Shown: in pieces, positions 1-12,589 of the stretch
How positions within the stretch are numbered: position 1 is the stretch's first letter
Layout of the letters: each line of letters starts with the position of its first letter
NCBI GenBank assembly: GCA_013239625.1
Contig: MU054323.1
Location: 18,370,819-18,434,818 of the forward strand
Source: Lama guanicoe
Lineage: Eukaryota
Direction: 5' to 3'
DNA length: 64,000 nt
Position numbers and translations under genes: made by a program
The notes under the pieces: generated by a model
Told to the model about the DNA's origin: nothing
Databases searched by the model: none
Seen by the model: the letters and a program-made list of their open reading frames with translations, nothing else

Positions 1-670
1 GAAAGGGAGGTAAGAGAGGAGGGAGGTTGAGGAGGAGGAAAAATGATTTTATGTCATCAGCGCTTCCATGGGAGTGCCGACTCTGACAGCTGAGACATCT
101 CTAACTCGGCTCCTTCACCTCCGGGCCAGGAAGAACAGCAGTATTTCTAAAGGAGGTCAGGAGTGAGTCAGGCTGAAACTTGACTTTCTACCATCGCAGC
201 CCAGGCACTCATGGGAAGGTCCTCGGCCAGGCAGCCACAGGGACACCGGTCTTGGTGCATTTGGTTTGCCACGTGCTGGCCAGCTGGCCATCTGATCGGG
301 AGACAGGTTTCATCTCACGGCCCTTCAGTTTTATTTTCCTGACAAAGCCGTACTTCCATTAAGAAAAAGGCACGCAGCTATTCATTTCTGCTAACTCTTA
401 ACCCGGCCAATGAAATACAAGCATGTGCAATTTTGTGTCTATTTTAGGGCATGGATGTGGGGGCGGTTGAAACTCTCTGCTGGGCTTGGAGCTCTCGGCA
501 TTCATACCTGACTTTTCCCAGCTCTGTCTTCTTTGTTCATCCTTTTCCTGACAGGCTGCCTGCTGGTTATAGGAACGGTGCGGGATTGTAAGGGGCTCAG
601 ACTGGATGAAGGAGGGAGAGAGCTTGGAAACAGCCCCCTCTCTTCTTAATAGTTTAAAAAAGTAATATTT

Positions 671-706
671 AAAAAAAAAATGGAGGTACTGGGGATTGAA
701 CCCAGG
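671..706 (-). mobile_element. 5'-truncated tRNA-derived SINE fragment (Vic-1-like)
   Basis: Reverse complement reads cctgggttcaatccccagtacctcca: B-box GGTTCAATCC plus the same body end as the fuller copies at 4273, 38050 and 42012. Confidence 0.75.
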
Positions 707-1194
707 AAGTGAAAAAACACAGTTTGCCTACGTGTTCCAGCCCACCACCCACTAGAGAATCCGACTGCTTAGGCTTTCGTTAGTGCTAGGAAAGTGTAGC
801 TTTTTAAAAAACTTCACAAATGATTCCAAGTCACTGCAGGGATAAAAATTATATGTTTAATTCCCACAATTCTGTGAGGCAGGAATAGTGTTCCATCTTC
901 TCCAGAAGATGAAAGAGGAGTTCATATTTGCCTAACTTCAGGGGACTAGAACTCGGGTCTATAATTTCTGGCTCCTTAGTTTTTCCATTTAATACAACAG
1001 CTTCCCTGGAGGGTTGAAGTCTTAGGTTTTGAGGAGGTGACATGTGGGGCTTCCCACTGCATTCCACTAGCTCCTCTGTGATTGCTCCAAGACAAACCAA
1101 GGCATACAGTTGTTGGCAGCAGGGTATAGGAAAGGAGAGAGAACAGAAATTTGCGCTGCAGTGGTTTTAAGTGTGGTTAGTTGTGTGAGTAGGG

Positions 1195-1472
1195 GCACGC
1201 CATCTTGCTAAGCCTCAGTTTCCTCATTTGTACAGTGGGAATGATAAACAGTTTCTCAAATTGCATTGAAATATTTAATGAGGGAAAGTTTATAAAGCAG
1301 TTATATAACGTATAAAAATGTAGTTAAATTATATATAAAATATATAAAGTAGCTATATAATGTATAAAAATGTATAGTTAAATTATATATATAAAATATA
1401 TAAAGTAGTTATAAATAAAAAAAAATATATAAAATAATGCCTGGCTTATCGTAGGCACTCAACACGTAGTAG
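1195..1472 (+). mobile_element. MIR SINE interrupted by an AT-rich tandem repeat
   Basis: MIR core agcctcagtttcctcatttgtacagtgggaatgata; the MIR 3' end aatgcctggcttatcgtaggcactcaa resumes at ~1436. Confidence 0.75.
1291..1435. repeat. AT-rich minisatellite, ~52-56 bp unit, ~2.5 copies
   Basis: Unit tataaag(c/t)ag(t/c)tatataa(c/t)gtataaaaatgta(ta)gttaaattatatataaaata repeated. Confidence 0.85.
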
Positions 1473-1504
1473 TTCTTTTTGCCATGTTTATGGCTTTAAA
1501 AAAC

Positions 1505-1640
1505 TTTTATTTTTTATTGATGTGTTGTTGATTGACAGTGTTAGTTCCAGGTGTACAGCAAAGCGACTCAGTTATACATACACATGCATATGTATATATA
1601 CTTCAAAAATTTTTTAAAAAATATTTTCAGCTTCTTTTTG
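1505..1640 (-). mobile_element. LINE-1 3' end fragment
   Basis: T-rich tail then ttattga...gttagttccaggtgtacagcaaagcgactcagttatacatac, the reverse complement of an L1 3' terminus. Confidence 0.75.
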
Positions 1641-3987
1641 TTTGTGGCTCCTAATGGTCTTCTCATGGACAGACAGGGGTATTTTTCCTCTTCTTCTCTT
1701 TTTTCCCTTTTTCTTTAAACAAAAAGATGTGGTGATTGGGTAGAAGGCACCAGATGAGGGGTAGAGTCAGGGTATCATGAATCCTGAAGAATCTCTCTTA
1801 CACCCAGTGGAAGATACATAATTTTTATATAAAAGGCTCAATGTCAGAATCAGGTTGGAACAGGGGACTTCCCTCAAAGTTGCATTTGCCTTTGGCTATC
1901 AAATCCTTTATTTTTTTCTTAGGAGGTGTTTTGGTGGGAGGTGGGGGTGGCCAATGGAGAGATGGGGTGGGGAGGTGAAAGCCCCTCCCAAAGATGCCTT
2001 TTGGCAACACCATTCCCTAAGCATTCCACTTTAACTTGGCCTTGTTTGGATAAACAGTTGCTTCTGGTGTCATCTCATGAGCTGCTAGACATGGATAAGT
2101 ACGTCCCCCACTTGAATAGTGAGCTTCATTGCTAGAGTTGCTCTATTTATACTTTGCTCTGCAGGCGCTCCTGATGCTTTTACATAATCGGTGAGCTCCC
2201 CTCGCTCAGCAAACAAGTAAATAAGATGATGAACGATACTCTCTTTTCCACGCAGGTTTATGATGTATTCATAAGCCAGCTTCACGTCCAATTATTCTGG
2301 CTAAACTTTCCTGTTTTAAATTACATGAGAAGACAGTTGGTTTTATAGTTTTCCCTTTAAAAGTCCAGACTGGATATGACAGTTACTTTACAAGCACAGG
2401 GAAGCCTGCTGGGTGAGAGGCAGGGCAATGGATGGCAAATTGGGCTGGCCCACATCTCGCAACACAGTTACTCAAATTTAGTCTCACTGAGTCTATGCAG
2501 CGCTTCTGTAATTACATGATGTTGGAGGGCTCCAGAGAGGATGGACATTTGAAAGCATTATAGACCATCTGTATTCTCTGTACTGCAAATTCCTGTGATT
2601 TCAAGGGTCATTTTTGTGGTCCATAAGAAATTGAAATGAAAGTTTGGGAAATCACAGATTGCAGGCAGGAAGACACACCTGTTCAGGCCCAGAGAAGGCA
2701 GAGAATGCCAAGGCACTTGAGAATAATCTGATTCCCATTTACAGACCTTGCCTCTGGATCTTTCCTCTTTAGAAGAGTCAGCTAGAGACACTTGGGGTTC
2801 TGGAAAGGGCCTGGATTCTCCTACCCTAACCCCCTTCCACTCTGGGGACAGAGAAGAACCAACCTTGTAGGTATTAGGCTGACTTGCATTCTATTTCCTT
2901 CTAAGATAAAGTGGAAGTGACTTCCCTGACTAATGTGCCCACACTTGAACGTCCACAAGAGTAGCAAATGCAGGCGTCCAACTGTTAATAAATGATCGAA
3001 AAGGTAAGTTTGTAGCTTTCAGTATAATCCTGAAATTAGTTCATGGAAGGGCTGCTAATGAGCATCTATTAATAGAGGCAGCCGAAGTACCACTGCTAAC
3101 GTAATGGCCAGGAGGGATAATAAAACAAGCGGACAAAACAAACCTAATACTGTTCAGTATCAAAGTAGCTCTCCTGAAAAATTTAGAGCTAGAAAATGAT
3201 CACACCTAAGACATTTTAACAACAGACGCATTGCTTGGTGGGTCTCACCATGGAGTTTTAAATAGGGTGGTGGATCTCTGGACTTCAAAACCCTCTTTTT
3301 CCATAGGACCTTTCTTGATTATTTTTCCTGGTGTCAAAGCTTTGATTGTTTCTCTGAACTCTTTTTACATAACAAGGAGCCCATGCTTTTTAAACTGACA
3401 TCTAATTTTGCATTTCTTTACGGTTCTTTGTTTTATGGGTGTTGGTACAATCTCCACAGCAAAATTATTAGCAATGGAAAACAGGCACCCTATGTATAAT
3501 ACAGTGTCTTCCCTAACTCTTCATCCTCTCCAGCTCAGGGTTGAGGGAGTCCCATGTTTTGTGTAGTGTTTACAAAGAGTGTTTTGTTACCTATTTTACA
3601 CCCTAGTCATAACATATGCAAATAACAATTACTCCTTAATGAGGTTTTTTTTTTTGAATTAGTGACTATCCTTTAGTTCTGATTTCCTATACCCAGCATC
3701 GAGTTCTGCACAACGCCAGGGCAGCACTGAATATTGTGACCAATGAGATAGTTGTGTTGTTTCAATTCAGTTTGTTCCTTGGTCTTAGGAAACTCAGAGC
3801 TCGATGAGCTGCTCCCTGTCTGCAAAGGGCTTAGGGTCTAGAAAATGTTACTACTTACATTTTACATACACAGAATTCAGGTCATGCTGATAAACAAATA
3901 ACCCCATGAGGAAATGTGATCAGCATATGTGCTCTGTTTCCATATGCGGTCACTTATTTAATTGCTGGAAACAATTTACCAACTGAA

Positions 3988-6900
3988 GGGAGTTAAAGAT
4001 GGCGGCATAGGTAGACCCTGAACTCACTTCCTCCCACAAACACAACAGATTTACAACTACCTATAGAATAATTCCCTTGGACAAAGACTTGAAAACTGGA
4101 TGAAGAGGGCCTCCACAGCAAAGGGTTAAAGGATTGCACTGAGGCAGAGAGATAGTCTCACCAAGGGCACATGGAATATTCTCCAGTATAGATCACATGT
4201 TATGTAACAAAACAAGTCTCAATAAATTCAAGAAGATTTAAATTATATTGAGCATCTTCTCTGACCACAATTTAAAAAATATTTTTATTTATTTATTGTT
4301 ACATTATTTAATTATATTTTTATTTTGGTGGGTGGGTAATCAGGTTTACTTATTTTTAGAGGTGATACTGGGTTCTGAACCCAGGACTTCGTGCATGCTA
4401 AGCATGCACTCTGCCATTTGAGCTATACACTCCCCCCTTTCTCTGACCACAATTATATAAAACTAGAACTCAATCACAAGGTAAAAATGGGGAAACCCAT
4501 AAAAATGTGGAGATTAAACAACATGCAACTGAGCAACCAATGGGTCATTGAAAAAAATCAAAGGAGAAATTCAAAAATAATACCTAGAGACAAACGAAAA
4601 CAGAAATAAACATACCAAATCTATGGGATGTAGTGAAAGTGGTTCCAAGATGGAAGTTCATGGCAATATATAGGTCTACCTCAAGAAATAAGAAAAATCC
4701 CAAGTAAACAATCTAACTTTACACCTAACGGAACTAGAAAAAGATGACCGAACAAAGCTCCAAATTAGTAGGAGGAAGGAAATAGTAAATATTAAAGCAA
4801 AAGTAAATAAAATAGCAGGAAAAACACAGCAGAAAAGATCAGTGAAACTAAGAGCTGGTTCTTTGAAAAGATAAACCAAATTGACAAACCTTTATTTACA
4901 CCAACTAAGAAAAAAAGAGAACTCAAATAAATAAAATCAGAAATGAAAGAGAAGTTACAACAGATACCATAGAAACACAAATGATCGTAAGAGATGACTA
5001 CCAGTAATTGTACTCTCACAAGTTGGACGACCTAGAAGACATAGCTAAGTTCCTAGAAACATACACTCTTCCAAATCATGAAGAAATATAAAATCTAAAC
5101 AGGCCAATTACTTATAAGGAGATGGAAACAGTAATTTAAAATCTCCCAATAAACAAAAGCCCAAGACCAGAAGGCTTCATTGGAATACTCTACAAAACTT
5201 TCAAAGGAGATTTAATGCCTGTCCTACTCAAGATCTTCCGAAAACTTGAAGAAGAGGAAAACTTTCCAAATCCATTTTACAAAACCAGCATTGTAAAAGT
5301 CTGATACCAAACCAGGCAAGGTAACTACACACACACACTAAATTATAAGACAATATCCTTAAAGACATAGATGCAAAAATCCTTAGCAGTGTATTAGCAA
5401 ACCAAATACAAAAATACATTATATACCACAATCAAGTGACATTTATTCCAGGGATGCAAGGATGGTTCAACATCTGTGAATCAATCAATGTGATACATTA
5501 CAGTAACAAAATGAAGGATAAAAATCATATAACCACCTCAATAGATTTAAAAAAAGTATTTTACAAAATTCAACATCCATTTGTGATTAAAAAACACTCA
5601 ACAAAGTGAGTAGAGAGAAAATATAACATAATAAAGGCCATATATGACAAACCCATAGCTAACATCATGCTCAACTATGAAAAGCTTAAAGCTTTTCCTC
5701 TAAGATCAGGAACTAGACAAGAAACCACTCTCATAACTTTTATTAAACATAGCACTGGAAGTCCTAGCCACAGCAATTAGGCAAGAATAATAAAAGATAC
5801 CCAAATTGGAAAGGAAGGAGTAAAACTCCCTGTTTGCAAGATGACATGATACTATATATAGAAAACCCAAAGATTCCACCAAAAAATGACTAGAATTAAT
5901 AAATTCAGTAAATTTGCAAGATACAAAATTAATACGCAGAAATCTGTTGCATTTCTATACAGTAATAATGAACTATCAGAAAGTGAAATTAAGAAAACAA
6001 TCCCATTTATAATTGCATCAAAAAGAATGAAATACCTAGGAATAAGTTTAACCAAGGAGGTGAAACATCTGTACACTGAAAAGTATGACACTGATGAAAG
6101 AAGTTTAAAAAGATACAAATAAATGGATAGATCATGTGTGCTTGTGGAACTAAAGAATTAGTATCATTAAAATGACCATACCACCAAGGCAATCTATAGT
6201 TTAAATGTAATCCCTACCAAAATACCAATGGTATTTTTTTTTACAGAACTAGAATAAATAATTCTAAAATTTGTATGGAAACACAAAAGACCCCGAATAG
6301 CCAAAACAATCTTGAGAAAGAAAAACAAAGCTGAAGCATCATGCTCCCTAATTTCAAACTATACTACAAAGCTATGGTAATCAAAACTATAATGGTACTA
6401 ACACAAAACAGATACACAGGTCATTAAACATAATTGAGAACCCAGAAATAGACCAACACATACGTGGACAATTAATTTATGACAAAGAAGCTATGGAGAA
6501 TGGAAAGACTCTTTAACAAATGATATTGGGAAAACTGGACAGTCACATGCAAAAGAATGAAACTTGACCACTATCTTACACCATACACAAAAAACTAACT
6601 CAAAATGGGTCAAAGACTTGAAAATAATACCTGAAGCCATAAAACTTCCTTGAAGAAAGCATAGGCAATAACCTCACTGACATTGATCCTAGTGATGTTT
6701 TTGTGGCTCTGACTCCAAAGGTAAGGGAAAGAAAAGCAAAAATAAACAATTGGGCCTACATCAAACTAAAAATCTTCACAGTAAAGGAAGTCATCATCAA
6801 AACAAAAGGCAGCCGGCCAAATGGGAAGATGTATCTGACAAGGGGTTACTATCCAGCATTTACAAAGAACTCATACAAATCAACTACAAAAACCACACAA

Positions 6901-7752
6901 CCCAATTAAAAAATGGGTTGAGCATCTGAATAGATATTTTTGCAAAGAAGACATGCAGATGGTCAACAGGCACATGAAAAGATGTTCAACATCACTGACT
7001 TTAGGGACATTCAAATAAAAACCATGATGAGATGTGACTTAACACCTGTTAGAATGACTATTATTGAGAAGACAAGAAACAACAAATATTAGAAAGGATG
7101 TGAAGAAAAGGGAATTCTTGTATGCTGTTGATGGGTCTGTAAATTGCTGCAGCCACTATGGAAAACAATCTGGAAATTCCTTAAAAAATTAAGAATAGAA
7201 TTCCCATATGACTCATCTATTTTTCTTTTGGGTCTTTATCCAAAGAACAGAAGAGCACCAATTTGAAAAGGTGTATGTACCTCTGTGTTCATTGCAGCAT
7301 TATTTACAACAGCCAAGATATGGAAACAACCTAAACATCTAGCGATGGATGAACTGATAAAGAGTATGAGAGCTATGGACACAACAGAACATGACTGAGC
7401 CATAAAAAAGAATGAAATTCTACTATTTGTAGAATTTCATGGATGGGCCTCGAAGGTATAATATTAATAGTCAGATGAAGAAAGACAAATACCATATGAT
7501 TTCACTCATACATGGAATCTAAAAAAACCAGAACAAACAAAAGAAAATAGATACAGAGGTTACAGTGGCTGTTATCAGAGAGGAAGGGGTGTGAGGGGTG
7601 AGCAAAATGGGTAAAGAAGGTCAACTACATGGTGATGGAGGGTAACTGGACTTGTGTTGGTGATCACTTTGTGGTGTACACAAATGTTGAATGATAATGC
7701 TGTATACCTGAAAGTCATATAATTTAAAAAACGTAAAAAGAAAACAAAAAAA
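3988..7752 (+). mobile_element. Degenerate LINE-1: 5' UTR start fused to ORF2 (C-terminal part of endonuclease, RT, C-terminal domain), 3' UTR and A-rich tail; ORF1 absent
   Basis: L1 5' motif aagatggcggc at ~3996; from 4167 translates AHGIFSSIDHMLCNKTSLNKFKKI*IILSIFSDHN (EN); frameshifted FADDM at ~5833-5848; [22 protein letters not shown] at 5886+; many stops and frameshifts; A-rich tail 7726-7752; possible decayed TSD aaacaatttacc / aacccatttgcc. Confidence 0.96.
4273..4438 (-). mobile_element. tRNA-derived SINE (camelid Vic-1-like) nested in L1 ORF2
   Basis: Reverse strand gggggagtgtatagctcaaatggcagagtgcatgcttagcatgcacgaagtcctgggttcagaacccagta (A and B boxes) plus A-rich tail; perfect 16-bp TSD ttctctgaccacaatt at 4257-4272 and 4439-4454. 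Confidence 0.93.
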
Positions 7753-8380
7753 CCCATTTGCCTTGATGACTGCCCTTGGTAACCAAAGTTGTTGACAAAG
7801 CCCTGTTCCTTGCTATGAAATACAGAAACTTCTTTATCTGACTGTTATCCTTAACATAATTTCATCTCACTGTAAAGGACACCTAAGCATTGGCATCATG
7901 TATGTAATAGCTTTTTTCCTTCCTGCAGCAGCTATAAGCTTTAACTCTGCTGATGCACAGACCACATATACACCGAACAAGAACCAAAAATGCCTACGTG
8001 GGAATTCATACACATAAAGCAGCAAGACTGAGCTGGTTTTAGCTCTAAGGAATACAGGATGATGTGGAAAAGGCTGCAGAAAACATTGCCATCTACACTG
8101 GAATGACACGGGAATGACAGCCAACTGGAGGCAGCTGCAGCTGTATGGAAAACAAAGCTGAGAATTCCACAGCAGGAGCAAACGGCTGCAAGCCCGAATC
8201 CCAGGGTGTCAAAAGGCCTGCTGCGGGGCCTGGCATGGGCAGCAGGGGATTGGCATCACTGCACTTCACTTAATGAAAAGACCCCTAGGTCTTCCTTGTG
8301 GGCCAACGCCATTACCGCCCTATTCTAGTCCTCATTAAAGCTTGGCACGGCAGGGAGCGCCTCACGTCCGGATACCTGCT

Positions 8381-8487
8381 TGCCGTTTATGTGGAAAGCA
8401 GAAATGGGGGCCGTGACTAGAAGTGGCTTAATATAAACCTGTTTTGGGGCACAAATAGTCAAGTACCTAGACTTTATCACCAAACCA
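8381..8487 (+). repeat. Diverged direct repeat, copy 1 (partner at 10571-10677)
   Basis: Gap-free manual alignment, 80/107 identical, offset 2190 bp. Confidence 0.9.
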
Positions 8488-9659
8488 TTGGGGGAGGGGA
8501 GTGTGGAATCGAACTACAGCGATGGTTAAAGATGTGATTCGCTACATATTTTGATTATGTGAAAGATGCTCACTTTTCAGTTCTTCTTGCAAATCATGTA
8601 TTTTGCTAAATTGTTTCCCTTTTTGTTAACCATAAGGAAAGGAAAGAAAGGAAAGTAGTTCTTTTCACATATTCAAGCCATCATTTATTGCAAGACTACT
8701 ATGTGCCAGTCATGGTTAACTTTATGATGGTTATATGCTAAAATGTTCATGTGCTAATAAATTGTATTTATTTTTATACATACTCTAATAACTGTAACCA
8801 TAAAGCTGCCATGTATCACTACCTTTCATTTTGACTCTGTCCCCTAAAGCTATTTACTTGGCGGTTGTTCACATATAAAATGGATTTGTTCCATGTGCAA
8901 TTAAAAGGGAGAAAACCCACATAGAAAAGATGTCAGTTAGTGATAGCAAATGGCCTCTGACCCCACTATGTTGCAATGAATACCACTTTCATAATTATAA
9001 AAAAGTAGAAAAATTCAAATGCCACTTCAATAGAAATGTATTTTCTCGTAAATAAAGAAATTTGTATTTCAGAACACAAATCACAAGACTTGGGAATTAA
9101 TTAAACAGAAAACACTCTAAAAAAATTAATTGTCACAGAAACCCCTTAATTCCTTTCAAAGCTGAAAGAATGTGTCCTTGCATTAATCTCTCTTGTTTTG
9201 TTCTATGCAGCTGCAAAACTTCATTCAGTCAAGAGGTGGTATTATTTGCAAGATGCTGTACTAACAAATCTCCCAAACAAATACTGAGCACTATTCCTCT
9301 TCCCACAGCATGGCCCACTGTGATTCATATGCTTTATCTCCATGCCCTTTCCTGGGAAGTTTCACTATAATCCTCTGAGCATAACCTGATGACTATACTT
9401 TTCTAAAAACGCTCTGGAAACAGCCTGGCAAGATCTGTGCCGTGTGTCATACACATCACCTTTTGCCCCACTGGATTCTGTGTTTGGTTTTTTAGGGAGC
9501 AGTTATTCATGGGTAAAAGAAAGAATATTGGGAAAAAGGACGGCGGCTGAAGCTTTAAATAATGTACCTCTAAGAGAGTCTAGTTAATGATTACTATGAC
9601 ATCAGTCCCGAAAGCTAGGTAAGTTTCTGCCTTATTTGATGGACTTGGTGTTGCAGATC

Positions 9660-9830
9660 TGGGAAAGATCCTAGAGATTGACTAAACAGAAACTCTTATT
9701 ATTTAGATTCGGAACTGAGATCTAGAAAGATGAATTGATTTGTTACAAGTCCAGAGCTGGCATGCAAGCTGTGGTTACAACATACCTCTAGATCCCCAGT
9801 TTGGAGCTTTCCCCTGGACTCCAGGCTCAA
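9660..9830 (-). mobile_element. MIR/MIR3 fragment
   Basis: ggaactgagatctagaaagatgaattgatttgttacaagtccagagctgg resembles the reverse MIR core. Confidence 0.5.
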
Positions 9831-10570
9831 AGGCAGGTCTTCCTGTCATGTTATGAGAAGAGTGCTGGCTTATCGTGAGCTCCAGTCAGTCCAGAAACAT
9901 CATGGGTTCCTTTAAAGATTCAGCTAGGATGCCTTTGTCTCCCCCTGTTCTTCTATATATAAATCCTTAGCTCCAAATGAACCCCAGACACTTCTACCTT
10001 CTTGCTTCTCTGACTTTGTGCCTTTCCCACTTCTTAGAATGCTGTGGCCCTCGTCATTTCATTCTAATTCTATCAGTGCACGTTCCAGAGGATGGCTTCC
10101 ATCCTAAGAGCTCACACATTGCATCTTCCAACAACTGAGAAGCACTATGATCTGCAATGTAAAACAAAATAAACACTTGCCTTCACCAGCTTTATAGCCA
10201 TAGTTCAACAAGTGAGACATTTATAACTTTCTGTCTCAACTTTTACTTAGTCACTAAAAGGATGTGCATGACAGGAAGGAACGTGCTATGAATGGTTCAG
10301 TGCATGGAAAATGTTTATGTGTTGTTCAATTTTCCTTTAAAATTATAATTGAATATTGTTTAGGAAAAATGGTCATATATAGATATTTAATCTAAAAATT
10401 GACTGCAAATTTGATATGTCAATCACATTCAGCTCTTTACCATATTTACTGGACTTCCATAAGCAAATTAAAAGCATGGCTCTGCCTACTCTCTATTTAA
10501 AAGAGCCCCTTTCTCTTTTTTTGAAAGCTTACTTCACTTGGGAGGGAGTTTTCCACAAGCACATATCTGC

Positions 10571-10677
10571 TGCCATTTATGTGGGAAGCAGAAATAGTGA
10601 GTGTGGCTAGAAGCAATTTAAAACAAATCTGTTTTGAAGCATAAGTCGTCAAATGATCAAACTATATCACCAAACCA
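10571..10677 (+). repeat. Diverged direct repeat, copy 2 (partner at 8381-8487)
   Basis: tgccatttatgtgggaagcagaaat...actatatcaccaaacca aligns without gaps to copy 1. Confidence 0.9.
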
Positions 10678-12575
10678 AGGGGGTGTGTGGAAAGCAAGCC
10701 TGACCTTTAAAATCTGTCCCCTCTCTCAGTTCATGCTTGATTCTCTCAACTGGACCCACAGCTAAAATTTCCCTGGTCTGCTTTGTATTAGGACACAATA
10801 TAAGGAATATTCAATGCGTCTAGAAGAGCAGGAAATGCCACTTATGCAAGAGACATGTGGGCTCTCGGCACAATTTTTTTCCTGAACTGAAAAAGGTGGC
10901 ATGAAAAGTATATAGCAAAATAGGAGTTGAATTTAAAGAATCTGGTAAATGTACACATGTAAGAAATAAAAATTCTCCACTACCCCTTTGTCATTAACAC
11001 CTAACTTGGGGGGATGTACCTGATACTCGTCTTTAGATCTCTATTGTTGCTCAGGATGCCAAATCTTCCCATTTTTTCTCTTCATAGGTGACATTTTGGA
11101 AGGATGGTTATTTCTTTCGAAATGGCTGTATCAGCCCTCTATAGCCACCTCCTCTTTTTTTCTTCTCCTTGATTCAAGGTCAAACTACTCATCCTTTTCT
11201 TCCAGGACTCATTTCAAGGACTTTCCCACCTGTTGTGAATCTGCTGCTCCCACATTCCTCTTAAAATTAATTCTTCTCCAGAGCTCCTTCCACTGATGCT
11301 TTGTGCAATTCTATTCTCTTGTCTCTTTCATGTAAATCTCACTTGGAAGACAATCCCCTCAGGTTAAGCTGCTGAAGTGCACACTTCTCATTGGCAGCCA
11401 GCAACACCTACATCAATAGCGTCCACCTTCACCACCACCCATGAAAGCAACGGACTTTGGGAAATTATTTTCTTCTTTCAGCATTCCTGTTCGAATGTGA
11501 ATCCAGCCCAGGACAGGGACACTGGAGCCAGGCCTGGCCATCCCTGGGCTCTGGCCTAGGATTCTGGAGGCACTGGGCTAGGGACCAGAGGGGTGGAGAA
11601 CAGGGGTAACATCAATTCCTGAGATGAAGAAGCTTATAATCTAATAGAAAAAGGCTGTGTCCTAAGACAGAGCAGGTCAGGAAGCACTGTTAGCAAGCAA
11701 TGGGTCCAGTTTAAAGGGCAAAGCCAAGCTTGGGAGAGTTGGTAGATCATTAAAGGTCAAGGTAGACACAGGGTCAGAATCTAGTTGGGAGTTTGTGGAA
11801 GCAGAAACCCTGAGGAGACCTTAGACATGACCCAAATGACTGTTGCACTTTGTCTTCTTTTGACCCCTCAACTCTGTTCGGCTCCTAGGTCAGAAGAATG
11901 TATGATAAGGCAAAGGCAACCAGGGGCGTCTGATAGGTGTATCCTCTTTTGGTCGGCACATAGATGCTCTGATTACAGACAGAGTGTGCTGTTTTACGAG
12001 AGATGGAACATGTAAATGTAGCATAGGTTGTTATTTTGGGGGCCTCCAACTTTTTTCAAGGAATGACAAGGGTTATACATTCAGGATCACGCACCATTTA
12101 GATGACATCCCTCTACACAAAGAGATTGGAGATTAGGAAGGCAGGAGTGAAAAAGGGGGGTTAGTCCATATCCTCAAATTGAACAGACTTTGTAAAAGCA
12201 ATCCTAATGACTTTCTGTTACTGTCCAACTTTCTCTTCTATTTCTTACTGGCAATATCCTCCAAGTAAGAGCCACGCAGTAAGTCTTCTAAATTCCTTAA
12301 GTCGGTATATTTTATGAAGTTAAGTATGAGACTCTATTATATAAAATAACTCAAGTATTGCTCAAAGATTTTCTTCCATGAGTAAGTATTTGATGAAAAA
12401 TTTTTTTCCTTCTGGAGGAAATTAATCTACATCATTATGTATAGGAGACATTCACTCCTAAGAGTAACAACATAGGTACTTAGATGTTATTTGCAATGAA
12501 ATTTACCTTCACAGTGATAATTGCAGTAACCTTTTAAAGGAACATAAGCTTACACCAGAACTTGCACCTGTTAAC

Positions 12576-12589
12576 GCTGCCATGGTAAC
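12576..12589. promoter_or_regulatory. Candidate RFX X-box
   Basis: gctgccatggtaac; reverse GTTACCATGGCAGC, one mismatch from GTTNCCATGGNAAC; motif match only. Confidence 0.4.

Noticed and set aside
4167..7480. Functional L1 ORF2
   Set aside because: Numerous stops and frameshifts (including within FADDM), a SINE insertion, and a missing N-terminus
8381..10677. Duplicated coding exon or C/D-box snoRNA pair
   Set aside because: The minus frame open in copy 1 has a stop in copy 2 and the changes are mostly non-synonymous; no shared RUGAUGA/CUGA boxes seen
11600..11830. Possible ancient Gypsy-type LTR fragment (also ~33640-33960)
   Set aside because: Only a vague compositional resemblance, with no termini or TSD that I can support
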